Source of the DNA: an uncultured bacterium
GTDB lineage: Bacteria; Zixibacteria; MSB-5A5; GN15; FEB-12
Assembly: GCA_965372795.1 (NCBI GenBank)
Contig: CBDVDR010000005.1
Location: forward strand, 64,001 to 128,000
Reading direction: 5' to 3'
Length of the DNA: 64,000 bases
The position numbers and the translations under genes are program-made. Shown here piece by piece: positions 37,871 to 47,548 of the stretch. The number at the start of each line of letters is the position of its first letter. Position 1 is the stretch's first letter. The notes beneath the pieces were generated by a model, which was given only the letters and a program-made list of their open reading frames with translations, was not told the origin of the DNA and did no database searches.

Positions 37871-38374
37871 ATGGAAGGTGATATTGGAATTGCTTTTTGG
37901 ATTCTCTCGGTAATCATACTTGTTTCGGGATTTATGGTTGTCACGTTGAAAAACATATTTCACTGTGCGTTATATTTGATAATATGTCTTTTCTCGGTAG
38001 CCGGTATTTTTGTCCTGTTAAACGCTGAGTTTTTAGCTGTAGCCCAGGTACTTATTTATGTTGGAGCGGTGTCAATCCTTATGATTTTCGCTGTCATGTT
38101 AACCAGTCAATTAGCCTCTAAGCGAATCAGCCAGACAAATGAAAACAAACTTGTTGGATTTTTTGTCAGTTTAGTTTTTGCTATGAGCACGATTGTTTTG
38201 ATTGCCAACACAAGAGTCTGGCGTTATACCGATAAAGAACTCCCTGCAGACAACATTATGAATCTTGGCATATCATTGATGACCGATTTTGTACTTCCTT
38301 TTGAGGTTGTATCGATTCTTCTATTAGCATCTATGATTGGTGCTATCGCTTTGGTGAGAGAGGAGAATTCCTGA
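37871..38374 (+). CDS. nuoJ: NADH-quinone oxidoreductase subunit J
   Basis: LNAEFLA..QVLIYVGAV.IL..F..ML, PFE..S.LLL..MIGA. Confidence 0.96.
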   Translation: MEGDIGIAFWILSVIILVSGFMVVTLKNIFHCALYLIICLFSVAGIFVLLNAEFLAVAQVLIYVGAVSILMIFAVMLTSQLASKRISQTNENKLVGFFVSLVFAMSTIVLIANTRVWRYTDKELPADNIMNLGISLMTDFVLPFEVVSILLLASMIGAIALVREENS

Positions 38375-38673
38375 TGTTTCATTATCTCGCATTAGCTGCA
38401 ATTCTCTTTTCAATCGGATTATACGGAGTACTGACCCGACGTAATGTTATCGGTATTCTCATGTCTCTTGAATTGATGTTCAACGCTGCCAATATAAATT
38501 TTGTGGCGTTCAATAAATATATTATCAGCGATGGTTTCACCGGACAGATATTTGCATTATTTGTTATCGTGGTAGCCGCGGCTGAGGCTGTTGTCGGTCT
38601 TGCCTTAGTTCTGCTTATTTATCGGAACTGGCAGGGTGTTAAAACTGATTATGTCAACGTGATGAAGTGGTAG
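38374..38673 (+). CDS. nuoK: NADH-quinone oxidoreductase subunit K
   Basis: LFSIGLYG.L.RRN…LMSLELM.NA, AAAEA.VGLA. Confidence 0.97.
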   Translation: MFHYLALAAILFSIGLYGVLTRRNVIGILMSLELMFNAANINFVAFNKYIISDGFTGQIFALFVIVVAAAEAVVGLALVLLIYRNWQGVKTDYVNVMKW

Positions 38674-38683
38674 GAATTATAAA

Positions 38684-40768
38684 ATGACAGAAAAAGCTTA
38701 TTTGATTGGTCTTTTACCGCTTATATCCTTTGTGATGATTGTCTTTTTCCTTCGCTGGAAGGAAAAATTAGCTGCCGGTTTTTCGATAGCGACGATTGTC
38801 AGTTGTTGGGTAATGTCAGTTTGGGTGTTGTTTGAAACAATTGCCCGTGACGGTGCGGCGTATGAGATTTTTTATAATTTTGTCTCATTCAAAGGATTTA
38901 ATCTTGAGATTGGAATCCTTATAGATCCGTTAACGGCGGTAATGCTGGTCGTGGTTACAACCGTTGGATCATGTGTTCAAATTTATTCAACCGGCTATAT
39001 GAAGGGCGATCCTCGTTATAGCCGATTTTTTGCATACTTGTCACTCTTCCTTTTCTCAATGCTTGGGTTAGTGCTGGCGAATAATTTCTTCATGATATTT
39101 ATCTTCTGGGAATTAGTCGGTCTGACAAGTTATCTGTTGATCGGTTTCTGGTTTGAGAAAAAATCCGCAGCTGACGCCTGTAAAAAGGCATTTATCACTA
39201 CTCGTATTGGTGATCTCGGATTTTTATTAAGCCTTTTAATAATGGCGGTCTTTGCCGGAACATTAAACTACGCCGGAGTTTTTGAACAGGTTTCAGCCGG
39301 TGCCTTCCCGACTGTTGTTTTAACGGTAATGGCAATTTTCCTTTTCTGTGGCGCGGTTGGTAAATCGGCTCAGTTCCCGCTCCATGTCTGGCTTCCGGAT
39401 GCTATGGAAGGTCCAACCCCGGTGTCGGCCTTGATTCATGCGGCAACGATGGTAGCAGCCGGAGTTTATCTGGTTGCCCGATCAATGAATATTTTCATTG
39501 CCTCGGCAGATGCTTCGATGGTAGTTGCGATTATCGGTTTGATAACTTCGTTCCTAGCTGCCTCGATTGCAATTACTCAAAATGATATTAAACGGGTTCT
39601 GGCTTACTCAACCGTCAGTCAGCTCGGATATATGATAATGGCTTTAGGTTTGTACGGATACGACACGAACCTTGGTCACCAATCTCCCGGATACTACGCC
39701 GGAACTTTCCATTTAATGACTCATGCTTTCTTTAAAGGTTTGTTATTCCTTGGAGCCGGTTCAGTGATTCATGCGGTTCATACCAATGATATTCAGGAGA
39801 TGGGCGGTTTGCTCAAAAAAATGAAATATACCGCTCCAACCTTTATGATAGCATCTCTTTCAATTGCCGGAATTTTCCCTCTGGCAGGGTTCTGGTCTAA
39901 AGATGAAATTGTTGCTTCGACATTGGGGCATCCGGTTTTCATGTTCTTTACCCTGTTGATCGCTTTTATGACCGCTTTCTACATGTGGCGCTTATGCTTC
40001 CTGACCTTCTTAGGGAAACCGCGCGATCAGCAACGGTATGACAATGCTCATGAATCTCCCAATGTCATGACTTATCCTTTGATCTTCCTGGCTGTGCTTT
40101 CAGTAGCCGCCGGCTGGGTGGGACTGCCCTGGTTAAGCAAAGGGTTTGCTTCATTCGCTTATAATGGTGAACCATACTACCCGCACGCGAGCTGGTTATT
40201 GATGGGTATTTCTACTCTTGTTGCTGTTGCCGGTATTTATCTGGCTTATTTGATGTACCATAAAAGATCTATTTCAGCCGACAAGATTGCTGAAAAAATC
40301 AAACCTCTTTATAACCTGTCATTAAACAAATGGTATTTTGACGAAATTTATCAGGTTGCGATTATTGATCCGACTATGAAGTTGGGACGCCTGATGTGGA
40401 ATTTTGATGCCAATGTTGTTGACGGTGCTGTTAACGGCACTGCCTGGTTGACCATGGTCTGGTCAGATATGAAAATGTGGTTTGATGAAAATATTGTTGA
40501 TGGAGCCGTAAACGGATCCGGATGGATTGTTCGAAAAACCGGTGAAGTTTTAAAATATTTACAAAACGGTGCGATGCAGTCTTATGCATTACTTATCGCA
40601 ATCGTGGTTGTTCTTTTTGGCTTATGGAAGTTTGAATTTACTTTCATCAGCGATAACTGGCCAACCATGACTATTATATTCTTTGTCGGAGTAATAATCC
40701 TGACAATATTAACCCGGCTCACAGCGGTTCAATCCGAAGGTGACGGGGAAACAAAACAAGAAAATTAG
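38684..40768 (+). CDS. nuoL: NADH-quinone oxidoreductase subunit L (lengthened lateral helix)
   Basis: YS.GYM..D, WELVGL.SYLLIGFW, GKSAQFPLHVWLPDAMEGPTPVSALIHAATMV, HAFFK.LLFL.AGSVIH. Confidence 0.97.
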   Translation: MTEKAYLIGLLPLISFVMIVFFLRWKEKLAAGFSIATIVSCWVMSVWVLFETIARDGAAYEIFYNFVSFKGFNLEIGILIDPLTAVMLVVVTTVGSCVQIYSTGYMKGDPRYSRFFAYLSLFLFSMLGLVLANNFFMIFIFWELVGLTSYLLIGFWFEKKSAADACKKAFITTRIGDLGFLLSLLIMAVFAGTLNYAGVFEQVSAGAFPTVVLTVMAIFLFCGAVGKSAQFPLHVWLPDAMEGPTPVSALIHAATMVAAGVYLVARSMNIFIASADASMVVAIIGLITSFLAASIAITQNDIKRVLAYSTVSQLGYMIMALGLYGYDTNLGHQSPGYYAGTFHLMTHAFFKGLLFLGAGSVIHAVHTNDIQEMGGLLKKMKYTAPTFMIASLSIAGIFPLAGFWSKDEIVASTLGHPVFMFFTLLIAFMTAFYMWRLCFLTFLGKPRDQQRYDNAHESPNVMTYPLIFLAVLSVAAGWVGLPWLSKGFASFAYNGEPYYPHASWLLMGISTLVAVAGIYLAYLMYHKRSISADKIAEKIKPLYNLSLNKWYFDEIYQVAIIDPTMKLGRLMWNFDANVVDGAVNGTAWLTMVWSDMKMWFDENIVDGAVNGSGWIVRKTGEVLKYLQNGAMQSYALLIAIVVVLFGLWKFEFTFISDNWPTMTIIFFVGVIILTILTRLTAVQSEGDGETKQEN

Positions 40769-40793
40769 ATTGAAATTGGAGGCATAAACTAGA

Positions 40794-42284
40794 ATGGATT
40801 TCCCTTATTTAAGTACCTTGGTTTTCGTCCCACTGCTTGGGATGGGCGTTGTCATGCTTTTACCCAAGAATCAGTTTGGGGTTATTCGCTGGACTGCGAC
40901 GATTTTCAGTCTCCCGCCACTGTTACTTTCAGCCTGGTTGATGATGGATTATTTTACAAATTTTGCGGCGGCAGGCACAATGGCATATATGGAAGGACCG
41001 TTTGAATGGATTCCTTCCCTTAACGTGCAATACTATCTTGGTGTTGACGGCATTTCGGTTCCGATGTTATTCTTAACCGGATTGTTATCAACGATATCAT
41101 TGATTGCATCTTTTGGTATCAAAGACAGAGTTAAGGAATACTTTGCCTTTTTCCTTTTATTGGAAGCTGGAATGATGGGCGTTTTTGTTGCGCTTGATTT
41201 CTTCCTCTTCTATGTCTTCTGGGAAATTATGCTGGTTCCAATGTATTTCTTGATCGGTGTCTGGGGTGGACCGAGAAAAGAATATGCAGCTATTAAATTC
41301 TTCCTCTATACACTTTTTGGCTCGATCTTTATGCTTGTTGCAATTCTTATAATGTACTTCACATCTGAACCGCATACTCTGAATATGATGACTCTGCTTG
41401 ACCATGGTCCAACCTTAGCTCACAACTTACAAATTATCTGTTTCTCATTTTTCTTTATTGCTTTTGCAATCAAAGTTCCGGTCTGGCCATTTCATACCTG
41501 GTTGCCGGATGCTCATGTTCAGGCACCTACGGCGGTATCGGTTATCCTTGCCGGCGTCCTGCTTAAGATGGGAACTTATGCTATGCTTCGAATAAACTGG
41601 CCGATGTTTCCAGATGCTTTAAGATCCCTCTCATTCTGGATTGCGGTCTTAGGAGTAATAGCGATTATCTACGGAGCTTTAGTTTCATTAGCTCAGAAAG
41701 ACTTGAAAAAACTGGTGGCATACTCCTCGGTTTCCCACATGGGATACTGTATGCTGGCCCTGGCTGCTTTTTCATCGACAACGGCTATAGCTGGAGTGAT
41801 GTTCCAAATGATCTCACATGGATTGATTACCGGCGCCTTATTCCTATTGGTTGGGGTACTATATGACCGGGCTCATACCAGAGAGATTGCAGCTTTTGGC
41901 GGAATTGGATCGAAACTTCCAATTTATTCCGGCATTATGGTTTTCTTCTCAATGGCAGCTTTGGGACTACCGGGAATGTCAGGATTCGTTTCTGAATTCA
42001 TGATATTTGTTGGAGCCTTTGGCGCTTTGAATAAAGTGTTAGTCGGAATTTCTGTTTTAGGAGTTGTCCTCGGAGCCGCTTATATGCTTCGCATGGTTCA
42101 AAATGTATTCCTTGGAGAGTTTAATCTAAAGCGTTGGGGTGGTTTGACAGAAATAAATGCCCGTGAGTTAGTAACCGTTGTTCCACTAATGATACTGACT
42201 TTATTAGTAGGTATTTATCCCAAACCGCTTAATGACCTGATGGCTGGTACTATTGAAAACCTAGTTAATTTAATGGCACGGTAA
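40794..42284 (+). CDS. nuoM: NADH-quinone oxidoreductase subunit M
   Basis: LGVDGIS, FYVFWE..LVPMY, AIKVP.WPFHTWLPDAH..APT, LLKMG.Y, AYSSVSHMG. Confidence 0.97.
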   Translation: MDFPYLSTLVFVPLLGMGVVMLLPKNQFGVIRWTATIFSLPPLLLSAWLMMDYFTNFAAAGTMAYMEGPFEWIPSLNVQYYLGVDGISVPMLFLTGLLSTISLIASFGIKDRVKEYFAFFLLLEAGMMGVFVALDFFLFYVFWEIMLVPMYFLIGVWGGPRKEYAAIKFFLYTLFGSIFMLVAILIMYFTSEPHTLNMMTLLDHGPTLAHNLQIICFSFFFIAFAIKVPVWPFHTWLPDAHVQAPTAVSVILAGVLLKMGTYAMLRINWPMFPDALRSLSFWIAVLGVIAIIYGALVSLAQKDLKKLVAYSSVSHMGYCMLALAAFSSTTAIAGVMFQMISHGLITGALFLLVGVLYDRAHTREIAAFGGIGSKLPIYSGIMVFFSMAALGLPGMSGFVSEFMIFVGAFGALNKVLVGISVLGVVLGAAYMLRMVQNVFLGEFNLKRWGGLTEINARELVTVVPLMILTLLVGIYPKPLNDLMAGTIENLVNLMAR

Positions 42285-42289
42285 TAAAA

Positions 42290-43798
42290 ATGGATTTTCA
42301 ACTACCAGAATATAATTTACAGATAATGCTTCCGGAGATATTCCTTTTTCTCTGGGCATTGGTAGTAATAACTTTTGATGTTGTTACTAAAAGAAAAACA
42401 GAAACCGCTGTTGGCTATCTTGCCTTAGCAGGAATTTTAATTACGGCTATAATACTTTCCTTCACCGGTTATGGTCGCGGATTCGGTTCGATGTTTTTCA
42501 ATGACCCGTTGGCTTTGTTTTTTAAGATAATTTTCCTCGGAGCAGCCTTTATGGCGATTGGCAGTTCTTTTGGAATCACAACTCAAAAGATTAAAAATCA
42601 TCGGGGTGAATATTTCGGGTTAATTCTTTTCTCAACGATTGGAATGATGTTTCTTGCTTCATCGCAGGAATTATTATCACTTTATATCGGTCTTGAATTA
42701 ACTACTATTCCGCTGTTTATATTAGCTGCTTTTTACAAAGACAATAAACTTTCCGTAGAAGCGGGAATCAAATATTTTGTAGTCGGTGCTTTTTCATCGG
42801 CGCTGTTACTTTATGGAATTTCGTTCTTATTTGGACTTTCAGGAACTACTGATATAATTCAGATGAAAATCAATATCGCAATCACTCATCTGACTTTTAG
42901 AGATATTGGAGTAACCCTTATTTTAGCGGTGGTGCTGATTCTGGCCGGAATAGGTTTCAAACTTGCTCTCCCCCCGTTTCATCAATGGGCTCCGGATGTT
43001 TACGAAGGTTCGCCCACTCCGATAGCAGCCTTTTTATCAGTTGGCTCCAAAGCCGCCGGTTTGGCTGCCTTTGCTAAAATATTTGTCAATGGTCTGTCAG
43101 CTTTTCATGGTCCGGAGATGTTGCCCAATGATTGGGGTAAACTGGTAGCCTTTGTAGCTGCTTTGGCGATGATAATTGGTAATATAGTCGCTATCAGACA
43201 AACTGATATTAAGCGAATGCTCGCATACTCTTCTATTGCCCAGGCTGGTTATATCATGGTTGGAATGGTTGCTATGAATGAGCTTGGTATCTCATCAGCC
43301 TCTTTCTATATGTTTGTCTATCTCTTTGCTAATATGGGAGTTTTTGCAATAGTAGCCATGTTTGAAGACAAAACCGGATCTACCCAGATCGCAAGTTATA
43401 AAGGACTGGCAAAAACTTCAATGGGTGTTGCCATGGCTATGACAATATTTTTGTTGTCCCTTGCCGGAATTCCACCGCTTGCCGGATTTCTTGCCAAATA
43501 CTATGTATTTGCAGCCGCTATCAAAATGGCAACTGAAGTTGATGGTATGAACTGGGTTTATTGGCTGGTCGGAGTAGGCTTGCTTACTTCGGTATTCTCA
43601 TTGTATTATTATGCCAACGTAATCAGACTGATGTTCTTTACAACTGATACTTCACCCTACAAAATTGAATATACCGCCCCAACTGCGTCAGTAATTGCTC
43701 TGGCTCTTATTGGAGTTATTCTTTTTGGACTATATCCTGAACCGATTATGCAGTTTGCATCAGAAATATCTATTTCGTTTGGATTTTTACCGAACTAG
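42290..43798 (+). CDS. nuoN: NADH-quinone oxidoreductase subunit N
   Basis: EAGIKYF..GA.SS, FKL…PFHQW.PDVYEGSPTP, KRMLAYSSI..AGY, SLAGIPP..GF..K. Confidence 0.97.
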   Translation: MDFQLPEYNLQIMLPEIFLFLWALVVITFDVVTKRKTETAVGYLALAGILITAIILSFTGYGRGFGSMFFNDPLALFFKIIFLGAAFMAIGSSFGITTQKIKNHRGEYFGLILFSTIGMMFLASSQELLSLYIGLELTTIPLFILAAFYKDNKLSVEAGIKYFVVGAFSSALLLYGISFLFGLSGTTDIIQMKINIAITHLTFRDIGVTLILAVVLILAGIGFKLALPPFHQWAPDVYEGSPTPIAAFLSVGSKAAGLAAFAKIFVNGLSAFHGPEMLPNDWGKLVAFVAALAMIIGNIVAIRQTDIKRMLAYSSIAQAGYIMVGMVAMNELGISSASFYMFVYLFANMGVFAIVAMFEDKTGSTQIASYKGLAKTSMGVAMAMTIFLLSLAGIPPLAGFLAKYYVFAAAIKMATEVDGMNWVYWLVGVGLLTSVFSLYYYANVIRLMFFTTDTSPYKIEYTAPTASVIALALIGVILFGLYPEPIMQFASEISISFGFLPN

Positions 43799-43864
43799 TC
43801 AAAAACAATTGACTTAAAACTATAAGACGACTATTTTTTACTTGAAAGGATAAAAGTAAAAAAT

Positions 43865-44527
43865 ATGTCGTTTTTTAGTAAACTCTCTTTTGGAATAAAA
43901 AGATACTTCATTTCAGGAGTACTGGTTGTAGTTCCTGTAATTCTGACTTACATCGTACTTAAATTTCTTTTTGAATCTCTCGACGGTTTATTACAGCCTA
44001 TAATCCATAGTCTGCTTGGGTATTACATCCCCGGGCTGGGCGTCTTTACAACTTTGCTTTTAATCATTTTTGCCGGTATTTTGACCCGCAATTTTATCGG
44101 AGCAAAATTATTCCAGATTGGTGATAAGATCCTTGATCGGGTGCCGATTATCCGACCTATTTATTCAGCAGCAAAACAACTTCTATCGGCGGTCGCTGAA
44201 CCATCGATGTCATCTTTTAAAGAAGTCGCCTTAGTGGAATACCCTCGCAAAGGAGTTTATGCACTTGGTTTTATTTCCAACAAAATTAAAATGAATGTAA
44301 ACGATAAAGAAGAAGAATTTATTGCTTTATTTATGCCCTCGACTCCAACCCCGATATCAGGCATGGTAATTGTGGTCCCTAAGGCAGATGTCATCCCATT
44401 GGAGATGACAGTTGAAGCCGGATTCAAGTTTCTTGTTTCAGGCGGAGTTGCATCACCCGATATTTTAACTAAGAAAAAATCTCTAAATAATGATAACGAA
44501 CATGAGGTAATTGGTGAAACTAGCTAA
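43865..44527 (+). CDS. DUF502 domain membrane protein
   Basis: YFISG.LV..P, P.IR.IYS..KQ, VEYPRKG, F.PSTP.P.SG, SGG. Confidence 0.92.
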   Translation: MSFFSKLSFGIKRYFISGVLVVVPVILTYIVLKFLFESLDGLLQPIIHSLLGYYIPGLGVFTTLLLIIFAGILTRNFIGAKLFQIGDKILDRVPIIRPIYSAAKQLLSAVAEPSMSSFKEVALVEYPRKGVYALGFISNKIKMNVNDKEEEFIALFMPSTPTPISGMVIVVPKADVIPLEMTVEAGFKFLVSGGVASPDILTKKKSLNNDNEHEVIGETS

Positions 44528-45419
44528 TCTTTTAATGGAACGCAGAATAAATATTGATCTTAAATCCCGAACCAAAGAAGACGCTATCCGAGAATTACTC
44601 GGACTCATCGAAGAGGAAGGCATAAAACTTGAATTTGACAAAGTGCTTCAATCTATTTTCGAACGGGAAGAAATCGAAGATACCTCTTACGGTCACGGAT
44701 TTGCATTTCCTCATGCTCGAACCGATGCTGTTAAAGAGCTGTTTATTCTGGTCGGTATATCCAAAGAAGGATTGAAAGATAGCACCAAAGATGGTATTCC
44801 GGTGCATGTCGTCTGTTTATTGCTAACTCCTTCAACAATTGCAAAGCTGTATCTGCAAACTCTTTCAGGAATGGCAACCTTTGCCCGTATGGAAGGTAAC
44901 TTAGAAAAAGTTCTTCAAATCTCTCACCAAAACGACCTGATTAAGCTTATAGCCAATGCTAATGTTACTGTTGACAAAGAACTCATGGTAAAGGATATAA
45001 TGCGTCACAACGTGGCTACGGTAACCCCTGATGACACTCTCAAAGAAGTTGCCAATCAGATGTTTAGAAACCGTTTGTCCGCTCTGGCGGTGGTCGATGA
45101 GACCGGTAAGCTTTTAGGTGTAATCAACGACCGTGACCTGATAAAAGCGGCACTCCCTGATTATAAATCTTTGATATCAAACTTAAATTATTCGATGGAT
45201 ATTGAACCGTTTGAAGAACTGCTCAAACAGGAAGATAAAATCAAAGTGTCTCAACTGTATCGGGAAAATTATGAAAAGACATCTTCTGACACAAGAATTG
45301 TGGAAGTTGCCGCAATGATGATTTTTAAGGATATTAGAAGAGTTTTCGTAACTGAGAATGATAATTTAGTCGGCGTTCTTTTAAGAAAAGACATTGTCAA
45401 TATGGTAATCCGTGGCTAA
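44511..45419 (+). CDS. PTS EIIA (Fru/Ntr-type) domain fused to tandem CBS domains
   Basis: ERE….T..G.G.AFPHAR (phospho-His) followed by VKDIM…V.PDDTL…VVDE.GKLLGVI…D CBS pair. Confidence 0.9.
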   Translation: MVKLANLLMERRINIDLKSRTKEDAIRELLGLIEEEGIKLEFDKVLQSIFEREEIEDTSYGHGFAFPHARTDAVKELFILVGISKEGLKDSTKDGIPVHVVCLLLTPSTIAKLYLQTLSGMATFARMEGNLEKVLQISHQNDLIKLIANANVTVDKELMVKDIMRHNVATVTPDDTLKEVANQMFRNRLSALAVVDETGKLLGVINDRDLIKAALPDYKSLISNLNYSMDIEPFEELLKQEDKIKVSQLYRENYEKTSSDTRIVEVAAMMIFKDIRRVFVTENDNLVGVLLRKDIVNMVIRG

Positions 45420-45573
45420 ACAAGTCATCTGATAGTTTTATTATTTTTAGTTTGCTGTGTTAATTGTAAAGTTCTTCAAATTGAATTTGACATCAAAGAA
45501 TATTTACTATTTCTTCCCTGACAATTGAATAATAATAAACATGATAAGTAATGTGTAAAAAAGGCGTTAAAGA

Positions 45574-46776
45574 TTGAGCCAAACTACTGAAAAATACGAA
45601 ATAACACCAGGCTTATACTGGGCTTTGCTAATTACAACCCTTGTCACTCTTCCGGGTCTTTACTACGGCTTTACCAGTACTCATGTCTCTCCACTTAACG
45701 GGACTCTCTTTTTTGGAATCGCAATATTTGGAGCAGCGTTTATGTTATCCTGGGCTGCTGAAGCAGCTCAAATTGATATGTCGGAATCGCTGGCTATCGC
45801 CATTTTGGCTCTATTAGCTGTTTTACCGGAATATGCGGTCGATTTTGTTTTCACCTGGAAATCAGCCCATGACCCCTCTCAGGCTCAATATGCAATAGCA
45901 AACATGACCGGAGCTAACCGATTACTGGTCGGATTTGCCTGGCCGGTGGTATTGTTTTTGTATGTCTTTTTTAGAAAGAAAAAAGAGATCAATCTTGATA
46001 AAACTCAACATGTTGAAATTTTTTATCTCGCCATGGCAACCATTTACTCCTTCACAATTCCACTCAAGGGATATCTGAGTCTGATTGATACTGTTATTCT
46101 GGTTACTATTTTCGGTATGTATACCAGAAGGGCGGCACAGATGGAGCATACTGAACCGGAATTTGTCGGACCTGTTAAGATAATTGTCAATATGGATACT
46201 TTTTGGAGAAGAGTCAGCACATATTCTCTTTTTGGCTTTGCAGGTGTAGTCATATTTCTTGTTTCAGAGCCTTTTGCAGAATCTCTTGTTGCAATGGGTG
46301 GAGAGTTTGGAATTGATGAGTTTTTACTGGTTCAATGGCTGGCTCCGTTGGCAAGTGAGGCTCCCGAATTTATCATTGCCGCCACCTGGACCCTTCGAGG
46401 AAATGCCAACTCAGCCATGCGGGCTTTGATTTCATCAAAAGTAAACCAGTGGACACTATTGATTGGTACGATCCCGCTTGTATACGCGATCTCCGGCAGT
46501 GAAATAAAACCGTTTATTCTAACCGGAATTCAGGATCACGAACTTTACTTAACGGCGGCTCAGTCATTATTTGCTGTCGCAATTCTGGTTAATCTTAATT
46601 TTAATCGAAGAGAAGGTGTTTTGTTGTTAGTGCTCTTTTTGAGTCAATTGATTTTTTCAGAAATCCGAATGGAGGTTGCAGCAATCTATCTCATCCTTGC
46701 CGTGATATATCATTATCTTAATCGCAAATCTTTGATTCCGGCATTCAGAACCGGATTGGGTTTGAAGAACAAATAA
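45574..46776 (+). CDS. Sodium/calcium (cation:Ca2+) antiporter family protein
   Basis: Two alpha repeats LAVLPEYAV…ANMTGANR and PLASEAPE…SSKVNQ. Confidence 0.88.
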   Translation: MSQTTEKYEITPGLYWALLITTLVTLPGLYYGFTSTHVSPLNGTLFFGIAIFGAAFMLSWAAEAAQIDMSESLAIAILALLAVLPEYAVDFVFTWKSAHDPSQAQYAIANMTGANRLLVGFAWPVVLFLYVFFRKKKEINLDKTQHVEIFYLAMATIYSFTIPLKGYLSLIDTVILVTIFGMYTRRAAQMEHTEPEFVGPVKIIVNMDTFWRRVSTYSLFGFAGVVIFLVSEPFAESLVAMGGEFGIDEFLLVQWLAPLASEAPEFIIAATWTLRGNANSAMRALISSKVNQWTLLIGTIPLVYAISGSEIKPFILTGIQDHELYLTAAQSLFAVAILVNLNFNRREGVLLLVLFLSQLIFSEIRMEVAAIYLILAVIYHYLNRKSLIPAFRTGLGLKNK

Positions 46777-46790
46777 TTTACGATAAATAT

Positions 46791-46822
46791 AAAAAAAGCA
46801 GGATTAACTCCTGCTTTTTTTT
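46791..46822. terminator. Bidirectional intrinsic terminator
   Basis: AAAAAAAGCAGGA-TTAAC-TCCTGCTTTTTTTT between convergent genes. Confidence 0.92.
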
Positions 46823-46872
46823 TATATTCAAGTATAAATTAACTTAAATGCGAAGCATCAAAGTGACTTATG

Positions 46873-47544
46873 TCACTTCTTTTTTTCTCTGAATCCGATA
46901 CGCGGGAACGGATTAACAATCGCCGATGCAATATTGGTCAGATGAGCATTAATACGTTTCAGATATCTGGCATAGAGTGCCAGTGCGACCGCATCAGAGG
47001 TAGTAAGTTTTTTATCATGATGAAGAATCATATTTGAAACTATTTTATCAGAAATTTTACCAATGGCTTCTTCTGCTTTCAAAATTTGGCGAGCTACTTT
47101 TTTATCCTGCGACTTTAAAACACTTAAGACCATTGGGAAAGTTTCCTTGATATGATCCTCAATTTTTTTCAACGTCACTTCATCTTTACCACCTAATAGT
47201 CGCTGTTTGTGAATACTTGCCAAGCCAGCAATATTTTTTGTATAATCTCCGATTCGTTCAACATCAATTACAATTGAAATCAGAACCAGACCTGGGACAA
47301 TATTCTGAGTTCCGGCAATAGAGAGATGGGTCAACACATTTCGCCGGACTTCACGCTCAAACTTGTTTATTTTGCGGTCAGTTTTTCTGATATCAAAAGA
47401 TAATTCGCTATCATCGCGTAACCTGAGGGTTTCGAAAGATGCTTTATACATTTTGAAATCAAATTCAAGCATCGTCAGAGCCGTATTAAAAGCGGTATCT
47501 AACAAATTCTCACTACTGAAAAGTTCTTTGAATTTTTCAAACAT
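46873..47544 (-). CDS. PhoU domain protein
   Basis: D..IN..E, DVERIGDY.KNI, RYLKRI.AH..NIA; downstream of the Na/Pi transporter. Confidence 0.88.
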   Translation of the reverse strand: MFEKFKELFSSENLLDTAFNTALTMLEFDFKMYKASFETLRLRDDSELSFDIRKTDRKINKFEREVRRNVLTHLSIAGTQNIVPGLVLISIVIDVERIGDYTKNIAGLASIHKQRLLGGKDEVTLKKIEDHIKETFPMVLSVLKSQDKKVARQILKAEEAIGKISDKIVSNMILHHDKKLTTSDAVALALYARYLKRINAHLTNIASAIVNPFPRIGFREKKK

Positions 47545-47548
47545 TTTA

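Noticed and set aside
37442..37963. 173-aa and 96-aa antisense ORFs over nuoI/nuoJ
   Set aside because: Shadow frames of the low-complexity NuoI tail, with no RBS or protein-like features. The same applies to the other short ORFs nested in long genes.
33723..43798. Group 4 NiFe hydrogenase or Mrp antiporter
   Set aside because: NuoD lacks both CxxC nickel motifs, NuoB has the tandem CC of complex I, and nuoA/J/K are present.
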